Part shown: positions 1 to 10,600 of the stretch, one piece after another
How the letters are laid out: each line of letters begins with the position of its first letter
Position numbering within the stretch: the first letter of the stretch is position 1
Assembly: GCA_041489255.1 (NCBI GenBank)
Contig: JBGPQV010000024.1
Coordinates: 1 to 37,488 of the forward strand
Origin: Thermoplasmata archaeon
Lineage (GTDB): Archaea; Thermoplasmatota; Thermoplasmata; RBG-16-68-12; JAFNFQ01
DNA length: 37,488 bases
Reading direction: 5' to 3'
Program-made: the position numbers and the translations under genes
Notes under the pieces: model-generated
What the model was told of the DNA's origin: nothing
The model's input: the letters and a program-made list of their open reading frames with translations, nothing else
The model's database searches: none

Positions 1-3000
1 GAGGACGCCCTCGGTGAGAACTGGATCGCGTACACCCAGACGGTGAACCTCGGCGTCTCGTGGACCGGCCTCGTGCAAGTCGACGATGTCCCCGCGACCG
101 TGGCATATATGCCAAGTGGCGTGAGTATCATGCAGTCATCCGGTGTCCTCTACGTCGTCTGGTCCGACAACAGGAACGGCGACGGCGATGTCTTCGCCTC
201 CTGGTCCGAGGACAACGGCGCGACCTGGGGCGACGGAGCCCTCAACAACAACGATGTAAGGGGCGACGACACTGACGAGAACGCTCCGGGCGATGACAGC
301 ACCGACCAAGTGGCGCCTACAGCGATAGCAGGACCCGTTGGCATCTACGCGATATGGAGCGACAGGAGGAGTCCGCCGGCCTACCACGCGTACTTCGCGA
401 GTTTCGAGATAAGCGAGCTGATGATCACCGAGGTTCGCGACAGCCCCAACGGCTTGGAGCAAGTCGAGCTTTTCAACCATGGCGGGCGGACAATTGATAT
501 GACAGGCTGGCGACTGATCGTCGACGGCGTGACCGTTATCTTGACTCCGCTGGCCTCGTTTCCGGCAGGCGCGTACCGGACGGTCGGCGACCCTCCCGCC
601 TCCAATCTGGTAATTGACATCACTATCGGTGACGAGGGAGGCTATTTGCAGCTTCAGAACCCGAGCGCGGCCATCAAGGATTCGGTCTACTACGGTCAGC
701 TCGGACCAGCGCCGGATCCCTTGGACACGGAGTCGGTGGCGCGAGTGCCCTCGGGCGGCGGCTACACCTCGAACTGGGCGCGGGCAGCCATCCCGACGTT
801 CGGAGCGCCGAATGGCGGCATCGAACCGATTGTCAATCCCCCTCTCGTGCTCAACGAAGTGTTGTTCAACGCGGCGAACCCCAACAACCGCTTCATCGAG
901 CTCTATTTCAAGTCCCTCGGATCTCTCGGCATAGGAGGATATACTCTGGTCGGTGACGCAGCGTTCACCCTGCCTCCCGTGATCCTCTCGGCGGCGAACC
1001 CATTCTACGTAATCCGGCCTTCGCAGGCGCCTGCGCTGTTCAGTCAGATGACCGCCAGCGGGGACAACCTCTACCTCTACGAGCCGGGAGGCGCGCTCGT
1101 GGACATGGGCGGCTGGTCCTCTGCGCACAATCAGGACTTCAGCATGGTACGCGTTCCGGATGGATTCGGCACGGCGAACGGCTACGACGACCCGACCTCG
1201 ATTGCAGCGGGCTGGCGGTTCAACATGGCCCCATCGCTCCCGCTCGTCCTCATCGGCCCCAGGCAAACAAAAGGAGGGGACTTGGGCACACGCGTATTCT
1301 TCGTCCTGACCATCACGAACAAGGAGCCTGTCAATTCCTACGCGAACGTGCAGGTTCAACTCGGGCCGCAATCGTGGACCACCACCCTGTTCATGGCAGA
1401 CGGCATCACGCCTCTTGCCGACTCGCCCGGTGATCCCGATTCGATTCCGGACGCGGGACTTCTGGCTCCAGAGGCACAAATGAACATCCAGGTGGCTGTC
1501 GATGTGCCGCCGGTCCCGCAGGTCCAGGACTGGGAGTCCTGCAACATCGTCGCGACGATCGCCGGGGATCCGATGGCGAGCGCGAGCGTCCAGATCACAA
1601 CGAACATCTATCCCTATGAGTCACCAGCCGCATCGGTGAACCCCACGACGATATGGCTTGAGACTGCGCCGCCAGCCTACCTCCCCAAGGAAACAACGGT
1701 GACCCTGACCATCACGGGCCGCGGCACGGCGATGTTCAGACAGAGGCCGCAAGACACTGTGCTGATGATAGACAGTTCGGGGAGCATGACGACCAACGAT
1801 CCGACCAACCGCAGGCAGGCAGCCGCCAAGCATTACGTCGACCTCCTCGCGGTCCCTGACAGGGCGGCGGTGGTCGATTTCGACGAGGACGCGATCCTCG
1901 TCGGGAATCACCATCTGAGCTCGAACTATCCGCAAATCAAGACGGACATCGATACGATCAACAGTTTCGGCTCCACGAACCTCTACGATCCGATCAGGAT
2001 AACCGTGGACGAGCTAGTCGCATATGGCAACCAGTCGCACATATGGGTCGGGATAATGATGACCGACGGCGATGAGCAGCAGGGTCACACCGACGCACAG
2101 ATACTCGGGCAGGCTCAAAGGGCCGCCGACAACGGCATAGTCATCTTCACGGTCGGGCTCGTCGACTCCGGCGGCGGGATGAACGAACCCCTGCTCCAAC
2201 AGATAGCACAGATAACCGGCGGCGTCTACATGAGGGCCCAGACCGCGAGTGACCTTGACGCGATCTTCGCGCTGATAGGCCAGATAGTGAAGAACATGGC
2301 CGGTTACGACGATGATGTCACCGACAACATCCCGATGCTGAGCGTCCTTCTCCCCAACTACATCCATTACGTCGGGGCCACGGCGAATCCCGCGCCGAGT
2401 TATTCGGGTCTGATTAATGGGCAGATGAACCTGCAGTGGAACGTGTCGAAGCTGACGATAAACGAAACTTGGACCGCCACGTTCAGGGTCACATCGGGGA
2501 TGAGCGGTTCGGGCCTCGCTGGCCAGGTGCTCCCTGACAGCAGGGTCACGTACATGCGGTATGACGACACGCGCATCAGCATACCGTTCCCGCAGATCTA
2601 CATCGATGTCCTCGAACCGCCCCCGCCACCGCCGACGCCGGTGAACTGCACGATCTCCCGCAATCCGCTCATGGGAAACGTCACCGTGGACGGTTTCAAT
2701 TACACCGCTGGCACGATGTTCCCGTGGCTGTCCGGCCAGATCCACAACATCAGGGTTTGGGATCCGGACATGGTCGGGGGCGGCTCGCGGTGGGTCTTCG
2801 ATGAATGGGACGACGGCGGGGCCATCGCCCACGACATCACCATAGGCACATCCGACCGCACGATCACCGCCAACTACTCGCAGCAGCACCAGCCAATCGT
2901 GAACCTCCTCGGACTCGACAGCTTGCACGGAGTCGCCGCGCATTTCACCTCGAGAGGACTTCCCGTCGACCAGCCGGGATTGTCGGGCACGTGGTCCGAC

Positions 3001-4623
3001 TGGGTGGACAACGGCACCGCCTTATCATTCGACACCACCGGCGCGAACAGCAACGCGACCGAGAAATGGGTCACTCAGACAACGTTCAACATCGCCCCCT
3101 GGGACCCGGTGACCACGGCGTTCACGGGCAATGTCCGCTACTGGCACCAGGTCACACCCACCGTCATCATCCAAGGACTCCCGTTATTCTTGTACGTCCC
3201 CATCGCATACACGGTCTTCGGCTCCGTGAAGACTGCCGGCACCGCGACAGCCTGGACTGACTGGGTCGACTACGGCACGGCGGTCAGCGTGGGCGGCAGG
3301 GTGGATGTCCCGCCATCAACGAGGTACATCAACCTGATCTCAACGGGGGCGACGAGCCTCCAGTTCACGATGACCAGTGCGCGGACCATCGTGGTACCGT
3401 TCATGGCTCAATTCAAGCCGACGGTGTGCCTCATAGGGACGAATCCGGAGCACACTGTCGACGTCCGCTTCAACGACAGCACGGCAAGCCCTGTCCGCAG
3501 GGTCGCCATCAACGTCAGCGGCATCTGGACCGACTGGGCCGATGATGGTTCTTTCACCGTATTCTCGAGCAACACCAGTGGCATCCCGCCGCGGCGCGCG
3601 ATCAACGCCACGCAGCTCCTAGTCGATTCCGCGTTTTCAGCCTGCATCATCTACGAGCCGCCACCGCCGGTCAACCCGGAACCGAACTACAAGCCGCTGA
3701 TATCGCTGGCGTTCGTGGCTCTGCTACTGATCCTGGGCCTCTTCTGGGGTAACAGGAAGCCGTGGGACCGCCACATCCCAGACCCGCTGCAGCCGATGAA
3801 GCCCGAGGAGCTGGCGAAGCGGGAGGCGGAGCTCAGGAAGATGCCCATCGCCGAGAAATTCAAGGTCCTCAGCCTAGCTGAGCTGGAGGAGAAGTTCGCG
3901 CATGACAGGCACTGGACAATGACGACCCTCGCGATGCCATTCGCGGTGGTCGAGGGCATCATCGGTGTCGCGTCGCTGGCGACCGGCATCCTAAGGGTCC
4001 CCGATACCGGCAACTGGCTTTCTGCGGGGCTCATCGTGAACACGCTCCTGCTCTTGGCGGGAATAATCTACGACGCGTTCATGCAGAGCCGCGGTTACAG
4101 AGTCCCCAAAGAGGCGGACCTCGCAGCGCTTAAGGAGGAAAACCTTCCGTGGAAGGATGAGAAGCCTGCGCTCGGAAAGTCGAAGGAAACCAAAGGCGGG
4201 GCGAAGACCGAGACAATCCTTGGCACATTCTCTGGGATGGAGGGTCAGATTGGCGGCTTCGGAATCCCCCGGCTCTTCGATATGGTATTCACCGACAAGA
4301 GGCTGGTTTGCATCGTTCGCGCGACTATCGGGATGAGCCTCGAGGGCGCGGTGGTGACATTAATCAGAGAGTCCAAAATCAAATCCAAGCCCACTGAGTA
4401 CATGGCGGATGACCTCGACCGGATGTTGAGCGAGAAGAGGGGGAACTTCGAGCTGCCATATGACTCGATCGAGAAGCTGACGTTGAGTGGGATTCTGGGG
4501 AAAACCCTCAAGATCAAGGCACCGAAGAGACCAGTGAAAGAACTGTACGTCCATGTGCCCAAGGCCGACTTGCCCGAGATGACCAAGACGCTCAAAGAGG
4601 CGGTCCCTAAGTTCGAACCTTAA
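1..4623 (+). CDS. Large cell-surface protein, 5'-partial: Asp-box/BNR remnant, 2 lamin-tail domains, Ig-like domain, vWA domain, beta-sandwich repeats, 3 TM helices, C-terminal PH-like cytoplasmic domain
   Basis: Frame is open from base 1. Motifs: Asp-box SEDNGATW; LTD starts LMITEV..EQVELFN and LVLNEVLFN..FIELY; vWA MIDAS DSSGS (1771-1785) with GSTN and MTDG; Pro-rich linkers; hydrophobic segments after NYKP (about 3685-4075); charged tail. Confidence 0.85.
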   Translation, partial: EDALGENWIAYTQTVNLGVSWTGLVQVDDVPATVAYMPSGVSIMQSSGVLYVVWSDNRNGDGDVFASWSEDNGATWGDGALNNNDVRGDDTDENAPGDDSTDQVAPTAIAGPVGIYAIWSDRRSPPAYHAYFASFEISELMITEVRDSPNGLEQVELFNHGGRTIDMTGWRLIVDGVTVILTPLASFPAGAYRTVGDPPASNLVIDITIGDEGGYLQLQNPSAAIKDSVYYGQLGPAPDPLDTESVARVPSGGGYTSNWARAAIPTFGAPNGGIEPIVNPPLVLNEVLFNAANPNNRFIELYFKSLGSLGIGGYTLVGDAAFTLPPVILSAANPFYVIRPSQAPALFSQMTASGDNLYLYEPGGALVDMGGWSSAHNQDFSMVRVPDGFGTANGYDDPTSIAAGWRFNMAPSLPLVLIGPRQTKGGDLGTRVFFVLTITNKEPVNSYANVQVQLGPQSWTTTLFMADGITPLADSPGDPDSIPDAGLLAPEAQMNIQVAVDVPPVPQVQDWESCNIVATIAGDPMASASVQITTNIYPYESPAASVNPTTIWLETAPPAYLPKETTVTLTITGRGTAMFRQRPQDTVLMIDSSGSMTTNDPTNRRQAAAKHYVDLLAVPDRAAVVDFDEDAILVGNHHLSSNYPQIKTDIDTINSFGSTNLYDPIRITVDELVAYGNQSHIWVGIMMTDGDEQQGHTDAQILGQAQRAADNGIVIFTVGLVDSGGGMNEPLLQQIAQITGGVYMRAQTASDLDAIFALIGQIVKNMAGYDDDVTDNIPMLSVLLPNYIHYVGATANPAPSYSGLINGQMNLQWNVSKLTINETWTATFRVTSGMSGSGLAGQVLPDSRVTYMRYDDTRISIPFPQIYIDVLEPPPPPPTPVNCTISRNPLMGNVTVDGFNYTAGTMFPWLSGQIHNIRVWDPDMVGGGSRWVFDEWDDGGAIAHDITIGTSDRTITANYSQQHQPIVNLLGLDSLHGVAAHFTSRGLPVDQPGLSGTWSDWVDNGTALSFDTTGANSNATEKWVTQTTFNIAPWDPVTTAFTGNVRYWHQVTPTVIIQGLPLFLYVPIAYTVFGSVKTAGTATAWTDWVDYGTAVSVGGRVDVPPSTRYINLISTGATSLQFTMTSARTIVVPFMAQFKPTVCLIGTNPEHTVDVRFNDSTASPVRRVAINVSGIWTDWADDGSFTVFSSNTSGIPPRRAINATQLLVDSAFSACIIYEPPPPVNPEPNYKPLISLAFVALLLILGLFWGNRKPWDRHIPDPLQPMKPEELAKREAELRKMPIAEKFKVLSLAELEEKFAHDRHWTMTTLAMPFAVVEGIIGVASLATGILRVPDTGNWLSAGLIVNTLLLLAGIIYDAFMQSRGYRVPKEADLAALKEENLPWKDEKPALGKSKETKGGAKTETILGTFSGMEGQIGGFGIPRLFDMVFTDKRLVCIVRATIGMSLEGAVVTLIRESKIKSKPTEYMADDLDRMLSEKRGNFELPYDSIEKLTLSGILGKTLKIKAPKRPVKELYVHVPKADLPEMTKTLKEAVPKFEP

Positions 4624-4671
4624 ATCCCAACGGCGGGAGAAGTGAGAACTGCGGAAGACTGCGCTGTCTCG

Positions 4672-7600
4672 CTATACTTGGCGCTTGCGTGTGAGCTTTC
4701 CGCGTCGCATCACCAGAATGGACAGCAGCATAATGACCGTTGGCAATAAGGCGTCGGAGAACTCCGGAATCGGCGTGAGTATGTACACCCTGCCGTCCTT
4801 CGTCGAGCCGTCCCACCACGGGCAGCCCATCGCTGCCTCCGCATAGTAGACTGAGACTAGGTCTCCTGCCGCGATCGACCAGCCGCGCCTTTCGTTCAAT
4901 TCTCCGTCCGAGCTGAACCTCCAGCGGATGCTCGAGGTGGGCCCGTAGTGCCAGTAGACTGCGCCCATGTTGCTGTTGTTGGCAGGCGCGCCGACCATGA
5001 GGTCATCGTATGTGTCGCCGTTGACGTTCCCAGTGGCGAGGGACCATCCGAACTTGCCGTTCGTTGTGAACGGGCCATAGAGCTTCTTGGTCGGCGTGCT
5101 GATCGTGCCGCCGTATGCGGTTGCGCGAATGGTCGCCCCAGAGTAGATGTAGGCCGCACCCGTGTCGTTCGTGTCGCTGTAGAAGGGTGCGCCGACCACC
5201 GCATCGTCTAGGTAGGATGAGTCCCCATCGAGGTCGCCCGTCTCGACCGCATGTCCGAAGCGTTCGGTGTTCACTTGGCCGGCGAGGGTGACGTTGGCGA
5301 ATTGCTGTCCCCTCAGGGCGAGGTAAACCCAGACATAGTCCCAGTCGACTGCTTGCGATCCTCCGGGGTCGTAGCTCCGGAAATACGCCTGGACGGCACC
5401 CGCCCTGGCCCTGGTGTTCATACCGAGAGAGTAGACGTTGTACCAGCCGTAAACGCCGTTTCCGCTGCTTGGCGTGATGTTGGTGTTCGCCCACCCGATC
5501 CCGGTGGTTTTCCACATCAGGCTACTATTCCCGCCGTACGTGGCGACCACAGAGTATTGGACTCGAATCCAGGCGCTGACTATCGATCCATATGAGGTCA
5601 TGCCTCCGATGTACGTCTGGTCGAACCACATCACGCTTCCCTTGTCAACTTGATAGAAACCATCCTGGGCAACGCCGCCATTCGGGGGGCTACCGTCGTT
5701 CGCGTTGTCGGTTTGAGCGTCGACGAGGAAATCGGTGGTCGTGTCGCCAGCGTTCTTCCGGCTCACGTAGGCGGTGTAATAGAAATCCGTGTCCGGATCC
5801 CTGAAGCAGTTGCCCCAGTTGCTGCACCCGTAGTAGATGTAGCCCGCTCCCTTGCTGGAGCTATTCGTCGGTGCGCCGACGAGGATATCCTCGTAGCTGT
5901 CCAAGTTGAAATCACCGATTGCCAAAGACGAACCGAACGCCTCCGTGTCCCCGCGATAGAGCTTGACGCTTGGGGTGGAAACCAGCGAGGCGAGCGATGT
6001 CGAGCCGAAGTAGATGTAAGCGCGTCCTTTCCCGGTGCCGTTCTGCGGCGCCCCGACGACTATGTCCTTGAGCGCCTTTCCACCCGAGGAATCTCCGTTG
6101 ACGTTGCCTGAGGCGACATCCCAACCGAACATCTCCCCCGCGGACTGGCCCGCGATGTCCACGTCCACGACCGTGTTCATCGTGCTGCCGCCGTAGAAGA
6201 CGTACGCCCTGCCTATGTCGGTGCCGCCCTCGTCGTTGTAAGGCGCGCCGATGATCGCATCGTCATAGCCGTCGGCGTTGACGTCGCCCACGGAGACGTT
6301 CCAGCCGAACATCTCTCCCGTGTATTGGCCGGGCAGCATCAGGTCGGGGCCGTAGTGGCCGTCGAGGAACGGCTTCCCGAAGTAGACGAATGCCGCGCCA
6401 GTGTTCGCCGTACCGCCATAGGCGTTGGCGGGCGCACCCGCGAGCACGTCGAGCTTGCCATCCCCGTTGAAATCACCGGTCGTCACGGAATAACCGAGCA
6501 TCTCCGCGGTCGTACTACCAGGGTCCCTGCTGAGTATCTGCACGTCCGGCGTCGTGTCGAATGTCCCCGGGTTCTCGCCGTTGAAGACGTAGACCTTCCC
6601 GCTGTTCGTGCTGTCCACGACATCGAAGTCGATAGCGCCCACGATCAGTTCCCCGAAGGTGCTGTTGCTGTTCACGTCTCCGATAGCGAGCGCATACCCG
6701 AAGTGATCGTAGTCGTTGTCTCCATTCCTAGAGACGAATGAACCTGAAGTCCCATTCCAGAAGAGGTCGAACCTGCCGTGCTCAATCGGAGCGATGCCCT
6801 CTCTGTAGAGCTGCGCGCCGACCGCCACCTCCGGCAGGCCGGTCGAGCCGATTTTGCCCTTGGCCAGAGCCATCCCGAAGTATGTGAAGGTGGCTGGCGA
6901 CGGCAGAGAAGCGTCCGTGCCCCCGTTCATGCTCGAACCGCCGTAGAAGATGCTGACCCTCCCGTTGTAGTTTGGAAAGCCGTAGTAGGGGCCGCCCGCG
7001 TACAAGTCCTCGTAACCGTCCCCGTCGAAATTTCCCGACGTGACCGATGTCCCGAGCTCCTCGTTGCTGTCTCCATTATTGCAGTTCACGTCCTGCGTCG
7101 TGTCCATGTTGGCCCCGCCGAAGAATATTCCCACCCTTCCGTCCGCCGGGTGGCCTGGACCGGCTACCATATACTCCGGGGCTCCGACCGCCGCTTCGTC
7201 GTAGCCGTCACCGTTGAAATTCCCAACGCCGACGGCGTACCCGAACTGCTCGCCGCCGTTCGCCCCATGGAGTGTCTTGTCAGAGTCGGTGTCGAAGGTT
7301 GACCCGCCGAAGTAGATGTATGCGCTACCCACATTCCCGCCGCCCGTGTCGTTCAACGGAGCGCCGACAATCAGGTCCTTGTAAGAGTCGCCGTTGAAGT
7401 TGCCAACCGCAAGGGAGTAGCCGAATTTCTCTACTGCCTGCTTGGAGACCAGCATGGCGTCGATGACGGAGTCGAGCGTCGAGGCGCCGAAGTTTATGTA
7501 GACGCGGCCGTCGCCGCTGTTGTAGTCGGGCGCGCCCACTATCATGTCGGAGTAGCCGTCGTTGTTCAGGTCGCCCGCGGCAACGGACCATCCGAAGTGA

Positions 7601-10600
7601 CCGCCAGGCGATGGGCCGGGAATCTCCAGGTCCACGACGGTGTCCATGGTCGCACCACCGAAGTAGACGTATGCCCTGCCGCTCCCCGAACCGCCGAGGT
7701 TGTTGTATGGTGCACCCACAAGCAGGTCGGCCTTGCCGTCCCCGTTGAAGTCCCCCGTGGCGAGCGAGTATCCGAAATTCTCGCCCCTGTAGCCGTTCAT
7801 CAGTATCGTGGGATCGATGGTCACCGGATACCTCGCCGAAGAAAGCCAATCCGCCGGACACCCTATCCTCAGATCAGATTGTTCGACCCTGTCGACGAGC
7901 GAGTAAGCGCATTGGATTCTCGAGCCGCCCGTGTCGACTGCATACGGGGCTGCCAAGGTGAACGCGGGGACTTGGCCGATATGGAACACCAGTTCGCCTG
8001 ATGTGGTGAACCTGTACGCGCTGCCGGAACCCTCCGGCGACCATGAGCCGATGCTTCCCGCCAACTCCGGCGAAACCCCGCCGAGGTACGCGACTGCGAA
8101 TTCGAAGGCGAGCGTGTCAGGACCGCCAATGAGGAATGAAGGCGGGCTCGAGAGGATGATTTCCTCCTTGAGCCTGTCTGCATCAAAGGAATATCCGACC
8201 GAGATGTCCATGGCGGGAGTCTCGTAGGAGAGCCCGAACCCCGAGGTCACCAGCGAGAACGGTCCGACCGGGTAAGAACCCAGCTCGCTCTGCCCGTGGA
8301 TCATCTTCGCGCCGGTCAGCCGCCACTGCAGGCCGAATCCCTGCAAATCGCGGAAAATGACGTCGCCGTCGGACATGCTCTCCGGGAACGTCACCGTGTA
8401 GAGATCGCGCTCGATCGACAGGCCGCCATCCGCCGATTTCGTCATCGACCTCGTCCCGGCGGGGGACGTATCGTCGTAGTTTCCGCGCCAGTCCCTCAGG
8501 TCGAACACGACAGACACGTTCGCCGTTGGCGGGAGCCCTGCGATGTCGATCTGCGCCTCCAGCTCGGAGCCGCCCGCCGCGAGGGAAGCCTGACCCACTT
8601 CGGCCCACTGCCACGTGAATGGTGTGGCGCCCGTGAACCGCCACTGCTTCTGGCTCATGGCACGACCGTTCTTTCCAGTGATTTCCACCATGCGGTCGGC
8701 GTACACGCCCTTCACCCAATATCCGGAGTTGGGCACGCCGTCCGTGTCCACGAATACGCGGAGCTTGTCCTCGCCGAGCTCTGGCGGCGGGATCACCGCG
8801 GGCCCTATGTAACGTGAGACAAGGCGCCCGGCGTAGGGAGGTACGTACCAATCCGGGATGGTGGTGTTCAGCCACTTGTCCTGGCCCCACGGCCAGTCCT
8901 GGACGCCGTCGCCGTCCAGGTCGTGGTTGGTCATCGCGTCGGAGACGTTGTCGTTGTTGAAGTCGAATGGGAGGATGCTGTTGATCGCCGCCTCGACGGA
9001 ATCGGGAACAGAGTCCATGTCGGAGTCCAGGGCCGGCGGGGCCTGTTGGCGGCCAGGTAGCTGGACAGCCGCGGAGATGCCCTTCATGATCTTGCCGTCC
9101 ACGCGGGCATAGAAGGAGACGAGCGAACCGTCTCTGTGCGCGTCGTAACCCCTGAGGTCCACGGACTTCGCGCCCTTCGTCGACTGCTCGCCGGCGGCAT
9201 CCGGGTTCGCGCCGGTCCATTCGGAGAAGGCGCCGTCGATGACGACGCCGGTCGGGATGGAACCGAGGTAGCTCATCTCTCTTGCCGATTGCCCTTGGAA
9301 TACGGAAACGGACGCACCTGGAGCAACTATCGAGTTCGCGTCGGCCAGCCAGAGGCCGAGGGTCGCGCCGTCGGAGGCGGTGACAGTCGCCTCGATCGTC
9401 ACGTTCTTCCGGCCACTGTCAATCACGAGGGGAGTGGCGAATGTCATCTGTCCGGTGCCGCCGCCATAGGTGAACGAGCCGAGCACACTCCCCAATCCGT
9501 CTCGCGCGGTGAATGTGGAGATATCTCCGGCCGCCGCTGTCCCGCGCACCTGGAGATCCACGCCCTGGACGGAGACCGCTCCGCCCGCTGACCTGAAGCT
9601 GAGTTCGAGCAGGCTCACTGTCCCCGGGCTTGAGGCCTGCGGAGCGACACTCGTCTGCATGACCTCCAAGCTCGGCCTGGTCGAGGACAGAGCGAAATCG
9701 GAGTAGTCCTCCTGGTTGTTCCAGCCCGCGGCGTGCAGGAGTACCCTGCCGCCGGCGAGGTATGCCGCGTCGCCCGTCGACCCGCCAGGGATGTCCACCA
9801 TCGCCTCCATCTTCCCCGAGTCCGTGCCCGTGCCCGGCACCGCGCTGACTGCCCATCCGTTCTCCCAGTTTGACCAGTCGTTGCCGCTCTGAGACGACCT
9901 CTGGGACCAGGCCAGGAGGCCCGACCTGAGGACGGTGTGCCCCTGTCCGAACACCTGCACCAGGTAGTCGGCGCCAATCCCTTCCACGAAATAGCCGGTG
10001 TTGGCGTCGCTGTCAGCGTCGATGTATGCCTCGAAGATGTCCGACGACAGGCCAGACGGGTCGCCTGTGAGGATCGTCCCAGCCACTTCAAAGTAGACGC
10101 CCAATCTCCCGTCCTCGGACTTGACGCTCCCTCCGACGAGATCCAAAGAAGCATCAATAGACGTGTCGCGGTCGAGGCCGATGGCGCCCGACCATTCGCC
10201 GAAGGACCCGTCCGGATCCAAGAAGAGGGCCTCCTTGAACAGCGCCCCCGGCATCATCACGGGGGCCATGAGGAGAATCGCCGCGATCATCGGAACTATG
10301 AATAGCTTCCATCGGGAGTACTCGGCCTGTTTCTGGAACCTCTTGGATCCGAGTCCGTTGGTGAACCCGCTGCCGTTGGTCAGGCCGTTGGTCATGCCCG
10401 TGCGCGCCTTCCTGAGCCCGTTCACCAGGCCGTTCGTCCGGCCGGTCCCGTTGACCTTCCCATTTGTGCGGCCGAGGCCGTTCACGAGCCCCGTCCCCCG
10501 CTTCAGGCCGTTGGTCAGTCCGTTCGTCAGGCCGTTCGTGCGGCCCGGCGCCTTGGGAACCTTCCTCGGTACCGCCCTTGATCGCGCCAGAGCCTTGAGG

